Below are positions 1-12,499 of a DNA stretch of 32,933 bases, one piece after another. Position 1 is the stretch's first letter, and each line of letters begins with the position of its first letter. Source of the DNA: Folioceros fuciformis (taxonomy: Eukaryota). The notes below the pieces were generated by a model. The model searched no databases. It worked only from the letters and a program-made list of their open reading frames with translations, and was not told the DNA's origin. The position numbers were made by a program, and so were the translations under genes. The stretch lies in NCBI GenBank assembly GCA_049999805.1, contig JBNGIO010006309.1:1-32933 (forward strand), written 5' to 3'.

Positions 1-226
1 GCTGGGAGACGCAGCTGGGCTGCAGGCTCTGCCTAATCTGTGGAAAGACCGCGCTAGACGCGACTTTCCCGTTGTTTCCGTCCTGGGATCGTGAGTCGGG
101 AGTTGGGCCCAGGCTTGTGATGCACTTGCAAGTGCAGGTGCACTGTGGCAGAGAAGTGGCCCCGGTACAGCCCTCCGGAACCAAGTCTGCTGTCAAGCGG
201 CTGGCAGACTGGCAGTGGCAGCCTAA
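1..226 (+). other. Possible 3' end of a spliced gene entering from the left edge (product unknown)
   Basis: GC-rich sequence with a GTGAGT donor at 91 and a TGCAG acceptor ending at 137. One spliced frame ends at TAA 224-226. The intron is very short (47 nt) and no protein family is recognisable. Confidence 0.2.
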
Positions 227-377
227 ATCACAGTCCCATCACCCGAACATCCCGCTCTCTTTTTGTCTTTCGCTTTACAGTATTTCGCATACATCCTGCG
301 TGCTGTGTGCGGAAGTCGGGACAAAGTCCGACGATCCAATGGCATCGAATCAGGATCTTATCATTCCTTCGTCTATC

Positions 378-417
378 TACATACATACATACATACATAC
401 ATACATACATACATACA
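378..417. repeat. (TACA)10 microsatellite
   Basis: Perfect tetranucleotide run read directly; it produces the spurious YIHT/CMYV ORFs in the track. Confidence 0.97.
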
Positions 418-2043
418 TGCTGAACGTGAATGTAACGCGCGCAGCATAATGGTACATACTGCTTGCAGCGCTCACCAGGCAATTCATGTTTAATGCACGC
501 AGGTTCACGCACACAAGGGCCCCAAACTGGTGGACCGTACACGCCCGCAGGACCCGGCGTCGCGGACCCGTCAGCTTTCTGCCCTGCCCAAACAAACTCC
601 CCCTTCGTCCTCCCCCATCTAGCCCGTCAACTGGAGTCCGAGAGTCTCACACAGCTGGTTAGAAGAAAACGGGGGAGGTGATGCCAGGCCCTGGCCCATG
701 GCCCATGGCCCGACTCCCTGTGCACCAGAACCCCGGGACCACAACCAAGGCCAGGATGTAACACCACAAGCATCTCTTCCACCAAACCATACCAAACCAG
801 GAGAGAAGAGAGCGTAGCGTAGCCCAACCCAAGAGCACGAGTGTCCACACTCGCCTTCCTGGCTCCTGCAATGGCGTACACACATACTGTCAGTCAAGGT
901 CAAAGGACGTGTCAAGGGCCCGGAGAAATCGTCGGCCACCTTCTCAGCAGATCGCCCTCGCCTAGACAGGGCGATGTAGCCAGCCTCCATATGGTGCAGC
1001 TCCTTTTAGCTGGGGCCGTGGGTCCACAGTGCTTTGTGCGTCGATCATGGTTAGCTACCAACAGTACACTAATCCCGAGTGCCTGTGACTTTTCTCCTAC
1101 TCCCGAGTATGTTGTTTCCCGCCGAATCAAGCTGCTTACATATGTGGACAAAAGGATTTGCCTTCCGGCGGATTGGAGCAAGTAACATCACCTCAACGCG
1201 CACAGTCACCCAGCATGATGCAGACACACCAACGTCCTGGGACTCCATTAACTCTGCGAGTCGAGGTTGGCTTCCTGATAAGGACTCCGGCTGCGGCGGC
1301 AGCTGCAGCCTAGACGGGAAGTTAACAAGGAGTATAGTACACAGGATAAAGCTTAGGGTGGGATCCACCGTCACTACCCACGAGCAAAATATGTTCACAA
1401 TATAAACACATCCCATTCCATGTAATGTAATAGGATAGTGTCGTATACAGGACACTGGTGGAAGAAAAGCAGGCCAAAGGGCTCCACGTGGGGACCAGCG
1501 CAGTAGCCGGCTGTGCATCCACATAGCCAGACGAGTCCTGGGACCTCGTATTGTCAAAAGCCTCCGACACCTCCCAACAGTCTTTCCTGACGGGTGACGA
1601 CCCGACCGGACACACCGTTCATGATGGGTCACTGTTTTTCAACAACCCGTTCCAGTCTGCACATGTCTGCACCTGAACGCTGGAACATAGCACCTCTGAC
1701 CCCGTCCTTCACTCTCCACGTACCATGCCCGCCCTGACACGATGCTCAGTCGTGTTGAGGCGTCCATGACCAAAGGGCCTTTCCCAAACAGTCCACGGGA
1801 CGAGAAACGAGCACACTGCAAGCAACAGAAGCGTACAGCGCACTAGAGCACGGCAGAGAGGCAGCCCATAATGGCATCGCTGGCACTCACCCCCTTCCCC
1901 TTGAGTTATACATGCCTCAACAACACCTGTGAGTGTGAGAGTACCTAGGTGCTGGCCCTGTGCCTTCTGCTCGGCAATCAGGGCAAAGGCACCGCACAGT
2001 CCGACCCCTTCAGGCCGATGGGTGGGCGTGAGGGCATGCCAAC

Positions 2044-4154
2044 CTACACGCAGTTCAAATATCTGCTTCCCCAGCACCTATACGGCCTCTCCAGCTGGTC
2101 CGGTGGAGGGAGCTGATAAATAGGATGAGCGTCCGAAGAGGTGCAACAGAAGTCAAGTATGTTTTTCGTGCAACCCCTGCTGAAAGGGTGGACGTTGGCT
2201 GGCATAGTTCTGCAGGCACAACAAACCCAACGCTTGGTTTTAGCAGGGTGCAAGGCTCTAACTCTCTGGAACCGAACCGCCTGCAACATCACCCTTCCAT
2301 GCCTAGCTTACGACCTGAGATACGGAATTCGTCTGCGTCTCGTCATCTCATACGTCGTCTGATTGGTCACCACCATGTAGCTGTGGGCAGTATCAGGTTG
2401 CAACAGTCAGTGACACGCTTGGTGAGTTATCAACGCCCAAAAAGCAGGCAAGGTGGGGAAAGACGCACGTGTGGAAAGCCAGAAGCGTCATCAAAAACAT
2501 CAGGCCCGTCAGAAGAGACACAGAAACGACCAGCAAAATGGCGCCCCTTGGAATTCTGCATCGCATAGTCATGACACATCCATGAAAGAGTTAGAGCACC
2601 CTAACCTAATCTCTACGTCAAGCTTTCGGTCCAAGCTTACCCTTCACGCGAGCTCTTCTTGCTGAAGGACATGAAGTAGAGAACCATTGTCCAGGTACAC
2701 AACGTCGTCTGGGCTGTTAGAAACCACCTGTACGTCCACGATAACAGCAGCACATGAGTCCTCAACCGTGCAAAGCCTGATATCAGCCTGCTCCCACTGC
2801 ACCAATGGTGTCATAATGCTGTGCGAAACGTATGCCAACATGCTTACCAAAATCTACAATGGTTCTGTTGTCCCACACAAGTACCCAACCACACACAGTG
2901 GTGATCAAAACGAAGCACACATTTGTTACAGTCATGGCAGTGCTTAGTGCGCAATGGCTGCATCAAACAGTATGGCATCCGTCACACATTTCCTCGGAAA
3001 ACGAACATCTGCCAAGTTTCAAAATGACAAGATCTCTAGCTGGCTGACATTACCTGCAAGACACGACAGTATGAACAGCGCCAACTGTTGGGACAAGACG
3101 ACATTCGAGATCAATCAGCAAGAGGCATGCTCTAGTACACCATAACCTCGTACGTAAGCAAACAAGGTCTATCTGATCAATGACAAGGCGACATGATACC
3201 ACACAGTTCAGATCCACACAGCAGCACGGACATCTTAGTAACAAACAAACCATCACCTACCATGCTCGCAACATACCTGTTGTCGTGTAGAACCTGAGGA
3301 TCTAAAGGAGAAATTCTTTCGGAAGATCCTGCAACTTTGAACTGCTTACTACTGCTCCCCCCTAGCAACGGGCTGGTCTCCGACACTGGACCATACACGT
3401 TCCTCCCATTGCCAGCGGCATTTTTCTCCAACCTCTCCTGTTGCTGGATTCCAGACGTCGTTCCATACGATGAAGTTGCGGAGTTTGTTGTAATCCTGAG
3501 TTCCAAAGGTGAAGTCAAGAGCAAATACAAGGACTTGTTCCAGGCCAGCTCCATCCAGAACAAGAGGCCAGCCTGGCTATCCACACCAAGAATCTACATA
3601 CAGTCACCAAGAACAAGACAGGTGAACGTTTTTCAATACCACAATGCCGAGGTCCTTTCCTGTGCAGCCTTCACGTTTTCTTCAAACGTGTCATCCTCCT
3701 CCATCACGTCCACAACGTAGCTGCCAGAGGCAAACCAGATGTCGGAATTCCAACGTCGAGCACAAACAGCCCCCCCTCCCCCCACCCCAACCCACATCTC
3801 ACGCGCATGAAACTGCCTAAACCGGAAAACCAAAGCATAGACTGGCTGCCCTACCCTGGAGACGATCCTGCAGTGTAGAGATACAGAACAGTCGTGACGA
3901 GGAGCAAGACGACATACACCACCATACACCTGATCCAAACCAGACGCCATCAGCTCCGCGCGTGCTGTGCATTCAGTACAATCAAAGACAGCAAACAGCA
4001 GCACCTCGAAACCGCAACAGTACCAGCTCCGATCCAACACACTCTGACGAACATCTTGATCGATAGCCACCAGGCCCCCGATACAGCCCGCGTGAACTGC
4101 AAACCAGAGGACTTTCAGAGCCCACCCATACCTTCGTGCTGCACGTTCCCACAT
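2044..4154 (-). CDS. PAT10: DHHC-type protein S-acyltransferase (palmitoyltransferase), PAT10-like; multi-exon
   Basis: Hand-spliced exons with phase-consistent GT-AG introns: ~4154/4138-4024, 3928-3855, 3720-3640, 3495-3277, 3084-3054, 2957-2848, 2727-2641, 2555-2469, 2380-2315, 2209-2044. They give [46 protein letters not shown] (DHHC cysteine-rich domain), [35 protein letters not shown] and VHPFSRG, as recalled for plant PAT10. The start is uncertain: ATG 4154 or an upstream exon near 4270. Confidence 0.9.
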
Positions 4155-5815
4155 GTCTCCTCAAGGTCAACATAACAACCCGAGGAGGTTGAGCTGTGGA
4201 ATCACGGGCTTCAAAACCTACAACCGCAAGAGCCAGCACTCCGTAGGTCCAAGCACGACGGCGATGGCATGACGTGACGATCCCGATACAAATTCTGGTG
4301 AGCTTCCCCGGACCCTAGCGGCCATGCCTTGGCATACTGGTACAACTACCGCTAGCACCGTCAAGATGCCTGGTTCCACCTTTCAATGGCCCAGTGCGAC
4401 ATGGCCCACGCAAATCTGAGCGCACGCCTCCACAGTGTCGCCCGGCGGCTGACTCGTACAACTACCGCAGGGCCTCGTCCAGGCGTCCGTCGGCCTAGTC
4501 TAGCAGTAACGCCCACTACACCGCACTCCAAACCCCCTTCCCTTCCCTTAACTCAATCCCGTCCGAGCTCTCTACACGCCTGGACGCGCGGCCTGCAGTT
4601 TGCGTGTAGGTATCAGCTACGCACCTACTCCCCTACTCCGCCCCGCCTACACTCTGTCTACATACATACACAAATACGTGCTCCCGGCACAGGGGTATCA
4701 AAACTTAATATGCTTACATTAAATGTCATATTCGATGCAATCACAGCCTTGCATGCTAAGGATTTGAACAAACAAGAAGGCCCTGATTAAAAGAGTTCTG
4801 ACCCACATAACACTGATCTAAATGAGTGCTATGTCTTTCTTATCCCGCTCTCTCATGCAAAATTAACAGATCTTAATTCTAAGGCTATTATAATAAGATT
4901 GAACCCCCATTGCCAACAAAAGAACAATGAGTCCATGAAAGGCAAGCTCATGCCATCACCAAGCTTGATAAGCATATGAATATGAATGTAAACATCAATA
5001 CAAGGGTAAGCATGGATAGCTTTCGGACCTGGAAAAAGAAATTACAAGAAGTAAACAACCAGAAAAGTAGGTTTAGATTTTATCATTATCCTTAAGAAGC
5101 ACATTGCTCTAAGCATCATATGCCTTGGTTTGTCATACCGTTGTTTTAACATCAAAAATATGTTTCGAGGATTCTTTTTTTACTTCATACTAATTCCTTC
5201 GCCTGCATGAAATATAAGCTATGTTAGGAGTTTTGAAGAACTAATTAATATAAATTAACATCATCAAATAACAGTTGCCACATGAAGTTTTTACATTCTA
5301 ATGGTAAGTCCTACCATACATGTAGAACGTACTTGAATCATACTACTGGCATATTTGAAGGGAAAAAAAAAAAGAAGAAGAAGGATTTCATTATATGAGT
5401 GAAGATGTAGGTGATCGGTCCTAATAAACCTGCATCTTACATATATGTGTGCTAAATATATTTAATATGGCAAGTCATTTTTGATAAATCATGTAGTCAA
5501 AGAGAGTAATAATCAAAATCCATGAGTAAATAATGGCATTAAAATAACCTTGCAGGTAACAAGAGTGGCTCACTGTAGTAAATTATATTTGTACTTAAAA
5601 GTAAAACACAAGCATTTCCTCTTCTGCATGCACACGTACAGTTTCTTTTGCAAACCCAAAACTTTGCTTTATGATTTGCGGTTTGGGTAGGGCAGCCAGT
5701 CTATGCTTTGGTTTTCCGGTTTAGGATCTAACCTCAGCAATCGTTGAATGGATCTAAACAGCAATCGGATCTAAACTCAGAAAAGTTGAATGGATCTTGC
5801 AAGCTCTGCCGACAT

Positions 5816-8769
5816 TCAATAATTCATCATACTCTCATCAACAGGAGTTGTGGATTCCAACAATCGAAGAAATGCATTTTGATTAACGGTGATGCTGCCT
5901 TGTTCCCATTCCCCATGGTTGTTGGAGCCAAAGACACTTTGCACAACTTTAGGATTCGCCCTAGAACTGAGGTGATCTACCGAAATTCTGTTTCTTCTAT
6001 TGAATTGCTGGAGTCGTCTAGTCTTCTCATTGAAAATCTCTCTGCCTATGTTTTCAGTTTGCTTAGGATCTAATGCATTCATGAAACGACTAGTGTCCAA
6101 CCCCTTGGTCCCTTTTGAAAATTCCATGTTTGTCTCAGGAGGATCCCCAGACCAACTACAAGGAAGTCCTTGCAAAGGTTTAGCCTTAGGTAAGTATTGG
6201 CGTCTATCTCGATGATCCCTTTCAAGCATGAGTACCCTCTCGTCCTGCAATAGGTCAAAACTTTAGTAACCACTCGCCGATAAGGTAGATGTGTATCCCC
6301 CTAGAGTATCGACTGTAGCCCTGCATTAATGTACATAACCAAACATCAATGTGGAAAACTAATTGAAGGTTTCATGGTAGGTGTATATAGTACAATTTTA
6401 GAGCTACTTACTAAAGCTTGAGAGAAATGTCTTACTTGTTTGTTCAAGTATCTGTCCTTCCAAGAATTAGGGCACACTTTTTGTCCATGATTCCATATGT
6501 TAGGGAAGTTGTTGTTGTTTAAGCCATGGAGAGGTGGAAGCTTTGGCTTTTGCTGTGGAGAAGTGTTCATTTGAATTTGAGGAGTAGAATAAAATCTCTT
6601 GTTACTCAAATTGGGTGTTTCTTGAGGTATTTCACCAGTGGGCGGGAGTCCCAACCTAGATCTAAGCGTGTAATTCTCTTCCTTCAATTGGAATATTTGT
6701 TGTTGAAGAAGCATCAACATCTAGCAATGGAACAAAAGCATCCACTTACTTCTTACCATTCTCTACGCTAAGAAAATGGGCGGAACTGCATTTTGATACC
6801 TTGTCTCGAGCATCCATATTGATGGTAGGAGCATTGATAATTTTCTTCGCACATGTTGCATAATGCAATGTGCTTAATGTTTCATCCAAAGCCAATGTAC
6901 AAGGAGAAACACATGCGATCAAGAGAGCCAAACTATTGCCACCCAAACTTTCCATGAGTAACTTTGTGAGCATGCTTTCCCTGCAATGTAGTTATCATCA
7001 ACCCCAAGTAATATGGAGAACAAGAAGATCAACATCAAGGATCATTCAAGCTTTGTGCAAAAAGTACCTGTAAGGCACCACATCTCCTTTCTTCCCCTCA
7101 CTTAAGGCTGATATCACCTGTTTAGAAATTGGATTTGTTTAAGATACATATGTTGTAAGAAACAACTTATTGAACAAGCCTTGGACTTTGCTTTTTCATT
7201 CTTCTAAGCTTCCAAATTTTACATCAATAAAGCAACTACATTCGAGGTTCATTAGTGGACTTCAAAATATTTTTCTACCTTTCCAAGAGTGAAGAGTGAA
7301 CGATTAATGTTTCCTGTTTCTTTCAACATCTCTCCAACACTTTTACTTTTCTTAAGTCTCTCACTTCCAGCAAGGTCCACAAATAGCATTCTACCATATT
7401 TTTTAATAGGTGTTTTGTCATTTATCCATACAGAAGAATCCACATTTAATGTCATGATACAATGACTTCTGCTGCTATCTTTGTTCATTTCATGTGACCC
7501 TACCTGCAATGTTGATCAATTTGTCCTTAACAAGTTCTTATACCAAATACTCGAAATAATAAAATTTTTCAAGGTTTAAGAGGTATATGCATGTACTTTT
7601 CTATTTTTGGCTCCTTCGTTCATTACAGAAAAAACATCATCAAGAGATTCGCAATCAACAAGAAGCAAGTCCTCTACATAATATCCCTCTTTTGTACTCC
7701 ACTTTACGTCCCTTGGTGCACAATCCAATCTTAATAGATCATTCACCTGTCTTTCTTCTTCTTAATTAGACTTTGCATAACAAGCCAATGAAAACGGTAT
7801 TTATATCTTGCAATCTAGTTAGTTTTTTAAGCATTTAAAAGCCCATGATATAAGTATGATGCAATACTTGTTCATTGTAAATCTCAAAGTAAGATGCTCT
7901 TAAGGAGTATGTCTTGTTGTTTTGGGACCGATTCTTCATAGCCTTGAACAAATAAATAACTGACCTTGCAATAATACCATTTGCATCCCCATGTGCATCC
8001 ACAATCATGTCCCCTTTCTGTATAGAAGTCTGCAAGAATATATCACAATTTAAAGTGTATTTAAGTATGAATATACACTATTGAAATTCTCCCTTTGTGT
8101 GTTTGTGCAGTTTTAATGAACATACTTCTTCCCTCCCACACATGGTGTAAGTTTTGCCGGACCCTGTTTGCCCACATGCCATGATAGTAGAAGAGTAGCC
8201 TTCCAGGACAGAATCAAGAAGTCGATATACTCTACATTTTTCCATGACTTGGTCTTGTGTGACTTGGGGACCAAGACAGCCATCAAACTGGTGAGAAAAT
8301 CCATAAAAGAACATCAAGCAATGTTCAAGAAAAAATTAGTGACTGATGTGCTTATTTCTTGTTCAAATCGTACTTGAAATGAGCTTGTGGTGATATTGTA
8401 TCCAAACCCCATTTCTGTAACCTGTTTTCGATTGCTGAGGTTAGATACTTGATTCATTTCATGTTATCAAATGTTGATCACCAAAACATTAGATAATTAC
8501 TTGGAGGATCTTCTCATCGCTTGTTGTGTGCACACAACTACCCTTTGGTACTTCATCATTAGACAGTGGGCGTACTCTTACGAAAACTTGTATGCTACTT
8601 CCTTTCACTTCAATAGCGGGTTCTAATTATGAATCATTTTTGCTTTAATTAACACTACGTTGAGCTACTTAGTTGGGAAGACAAAGAAAAGAAAGATTAG
8701 AGCAATAATAATCCAACCTGAATTAACCTTCATTTCAGCTGAATCTGTATTTTCCAATATCGGACCCAT
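5816..8769 (-). CDS. N-terminal-motor kinesin, KIF12/kinesin-16-like; ~11 exons
   Basis: Phase-consistent exons 8769-8718, 8622-8501, 8421-8374, 8287-8126, 8029-7868, 7746-7597, 7503-7279, 7117-7068, 6980-6800, 6720-6436 and a probable last exon 6244-5816. Motifs: IQVFVRVRP, P-loop GQTGSGKT, SYFEIYNEQV, switch I SSRSH, switch II DLAGSE, VPYRES.LT.LL.ESLGG, then a short coiled coil. VKWSTKEGYYVEDL resembles the KIF12 loop as I recall it (VRW...GFYVE.L). The last exon and the subfamily are less certain than the kinesin call. Confidence 0.88.
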
Positions 8770-10202
8770 CCTCTTAAATGGTACTCCTCAACTGTCTTAA
8801 GAACTGATCTCTAACTCATGAACTATGGTAAAAATTTTACTATATCACATCCAAAGCAATCTCCTTAATATTTAAAGAAGACTAGTTCATGAATATCAAA
8901 AGAGCTACTAAGGTGTGCTTGAAGTGTTCATGATATTATGGAATTATCTTGTGCATGCATCCTTTTTAGTACTTAATATGTAAGTAATAAATAGTTCTGG
9001 ATTTAAGACTTATGAGTTGTCATCCCATCTTACGTATTGTCCAAGTTTGAATTATATCATATAATTTTGTGCCTTACACAAGTGTAAAAGTATATCATGC
9101 AATGAGCTCATGATATAGCCAAAGCTAGTACATGAGTTATGTAGATATTTTTTATATGTAAATATGTTGAACATCTCACTATACTTAATTAAGCTGAAAA
9201 AAAAAAGAAGAGGAACACAGAATTTGTGGGGTAGGAGTGGTGGAGGAGATAGACCCACGAAAAGTAGAGAAAAAAAAAAAAAAGCATTGATAAACTACCG
9301 TACTGAACAATGAAAAATAAAATTATCAAATATATATTTTATAATTTGGTTCTGGATAACCATGGTTCAGCTATCATATCATACTCTTCTATATTCAATA
9401 AAAAATGCAACCAACTCTTTACTCTACCTAGTTAACTCTTCATTCAACCAAATTAAGACTCATTTTCACAGATTGCCACATAAGTTTGATTGAGTGCCCA
9501 ATTCATTCATCTACTTCTACTTGTCATTCCTTCACGTGATGAAAGCTTGGAATTTCATCTGCTATGCCATAGCATCTTAAAGCATATGAGGTTTGGTCTA
9601 TGCAATTCTATCCCAAACATACCTCTTAGGTCCAGAATTAAACTTGTGCATCTTACTTATCTCATGCATTTCAAACTTTCTCTTCCACAATAGCTTTTGC
9701 AACAAAAGCTTTATCTTCCACAACATAGTTTCTACAACAAGAGCTTTCTCTCTTGCTGCCATTCTCTCTCACTCCCTCTCCTCTCTGCTTTGCCTAGCCC
9801 TACTCTTGTTGCTATGTGGGGCTCCGCAGATCTCCCACGTCGAACCAGAGTACTAACTTTAGATGCTTTATAAACAATTTCAAGAGCCTACATCTCACAT
9901 AAATATTCTAAGAGTTCTTGAAAGCCGAAATGAGTTCATGATACTACCTAAACAGTTCTGAGCGGCCTCTCAGAAATCGGGGCCGGATGCCTGCCAAACT
10001 GCCGGTGAGAGACGGGAGGAAGATGACGCTGAAGTATCCTTCTTGATGGGAGGAAAGTATTTCGGAGCAGTTCATTTCCTCAGTCGTTGTGAGTGGCGAT
10101 TCGGTGTCCAGGTTTAGGAAGGTGGCGACCAAAGCGACGCAAGAATAGAGATGGGAGGAACGGATTTTTGATTTTGTCAGTCGGGGCTCTTCAAGATGTA
10201 GT

Positions 10203-11428
10203 TCACGGGAGGCCGGGGGGCAGCGAGGGTTTTGCAACTTCCAGCAGACCACATTTGCTGATGACCACGGATTTGAGAGGCCGGTTCCAGAAATTGCGAG
10301 CGTTGGCAGCGCGATCGTCCCCCAAGAACTCTGCGATGTCGTTGAACTGCCGAATCCTTTCGCTAGGCTTGTAGGTAGGAACCAAGGCGATGCTGGCGAT
10401 CACGTCCAGACCTGCACAAGGCAAGCAGCGTCAACCAGCGCTGTTACCGGGATTGCAGAGCAGCAGCAGGTCGGGAGAGGGACAAGGAGGAGGGGCCAGG
10501 CGACCTTCCAGCACAGTCCCGAAGACGACATTGCCGTTGTCCAGCTGCGGCGCCGGCCCCGGCCCTGCGGACGCCACAAGCGCATGGCGGCATCAGCACA
10601 GACAGTAGTATCAACAACGCTGGGGAAGACGCGGAGGCAGAGAATCGTACCTGTGGTGATGAGGAATTCCACGTTGCGGTAGTCGGAGCTCAGCTTGAGC
10701 TCTTCCTCGTCGTCATTCTCCGCGAGGCAGAGTGAGACGGTGCCAGGGCGGACGTGGCGGAGCTTGAAGGAGCTAGCGCTGATGGTCTCGGGGTTCCGAT
10801 CCAACGCCCGGGGTCTCGCCACCTCGCCGCGGTCCCGGGAGCCTTGCCGACCCGCTTGGATGTACTGGCCGGAGAGGACGCGGTGGAAGATAGAGCCTTC
10901 GTAGGAGGAGCCCGCGGCGCCTGTCACCATGCCCTTGAAATTGGCCACCGTCTGCGGCACCTGTCGGCCGTAGAGTCCGATCACGATCCTCCCTAGCGGT
11001 TCCCCGTCGGAGCAGATCTGCGAGGCGTCCCCGAGGGTGCGATCGGCGCGGCTAGCGCTGGGGCAGATGCTCACGTCCAGGAACACCCGGTCCGTGATGG
11101 TGGTGTCCGGGGCGGGGTTGAGGGCTGGTCCGACCGGTTCCGCCTCTTGCTCCTCCTCTGCTCCGGCCCGAGAAGGGGCCGCGACCGACGCGATGCCGGC
11201 GGTCAGGATCAGTCCCACCTCCCTGCGCCTGCACCGCCAGCTGTTGCCCGCTGCCTTTTCCTCCACGGAGGCGCTGGCCCGCATCAGCAGTCTATGATTC
11301 GGAGAGACCTGCCTGCTCCGCCTGCTCGGCTGCGCCTGATGAATCCATGGCTTGGGTCTGCATAGGCAGGAGGAGGGTTGGTGCAGCCTCTGGGGAGAAG
11401 TGGTCCAGGCCGCTGTGGTAGCCGCCAT
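10203..11428 (-). CDS. CYP28: Thylakoid-lumen cyclophilin-type peptidyl-prolyl isomerase CYP28; 3 exons, 348 aa
   Basis: Exons 11428-10651, 10564-10505 and 10411-10203 total 1047 nt in frame. Ser/Arg-rich transit peptide, twin-Arg + hydrophobic + A-G-A Tat lumen signal, then TITDRVFLD, LGRIVIGLYG, VSLCLAENDD..YRNVEFLITTGPGPAPQLDNGNVVFGTVLEGLDV and TYKPSERIRQFND.AEFLGD.RA.NAR..WNRPLK, as recalled for plant CYP28. Confidence 0.93.
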
Positions 11429-12499
11429 CGCTCTTCCGGTGGGATGCTACATGGATCTTAGCCTGTCTACTCCCGCATTGCTCCTTCCTGTTCAGACGGT
11501 GGCCGTGAAATCTGCATTCACAAGCTTGATGCTTTCCAAGATCAAATCCTGCCAAATGTGTAACTCGAGCAGAGTAATTTGAGAGGCATCAGCAACCTGC
11601 CTTCCCTTCCATTCAGTGTGTATCCCACAGTGTAATCAGCTCGGGTCGGATCAGGAGCGGTGTATGGTAATGCCTGATATGAGTGATCGGTTGCCACCAA
11701 TCACGACTCGCCCAGCCTGGCCTGCCAGGTTGCCTTGTAGGGCCCAGTCTCCGGCAGATTCAACGGGGACGGGGAATGGAGAACCTACGTTTCGGATTGC
11801 AGAAGCCTCCACGCTTATACCACCACAGTCGCAAGGAAGAGGACTGACAACAAGGAAAGGGACCGAGACGACACAGCAGATACGCAAGATGTCACGTTAC
11901 AGTGATCTTTTTATGGCATTCGGCATGAAACGAACTGCCAGGCTTACACTTGCAATTCCGGCAGCTGCATATCCCAGTAGGTCAAACAATGCATATCCAG
12001 AAAAGCCCCGCACTCGCTGGCAGCCAGCAATGCTATCGCTCATTATTCAAGCAGCTCAGCCTGGAAAAAAAAAAAATTCTCTAACACAAATACATGGACC
12101 TGCAATAATGGCTGTAGGATGCGAAAACCAGGACGGCGGTACGCAACTCCCCGCCATTCCAAGTCCTCCAACGGATGACCCACACCTCGCAGTCCCAACC
12201 CTCTCATCTCGTAACTTAGATGACCACCTAACACCACGCCATTGCTACAAGGAAGAACGATGAGGATACCAACCCCAAAACTAAGTACATAACCAACTGC
12301 ATCCCTCCATCTCCAGGTATCCGAGTTAATACCATCTGCATCCTGCTCTCCCAAGCTAAAGCCTACGAGGGCCAAACATGATGCAGCCCTATTCGCAGCG
12401 ACCTTCCCATAGAAGACGGATGTTAGTTAGAAGACGAAGCAGATCGTGGACCATATTTCTCAGTACATACATACTCTTGCACCAACCATGCAAGAACTA

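Noticed and set aside
72-681. Overlapping ORFs with YIHT/CMYV repeats
   Set aside because: They are translation artefacts of the (TACA)10 microsatellite.
6851-6853. RNA editing (U-to-C) restoring the kinesin Arg or the TE stop codons
   Set aside because: Plant U-to-C editing is known from organellar transcripts; this is nuclear DNA and 5mC deamination is the simpler explanation.
11616-12263. 215-aa plus-strand ORF between CYP28 and PTI1
   Set aside because: GTG start, no motif, contains an A-run, and lies antisense to the likely PTI1 3' UTR and CYP28 upstream region; probably a chance ORF in GC-rich DNA.
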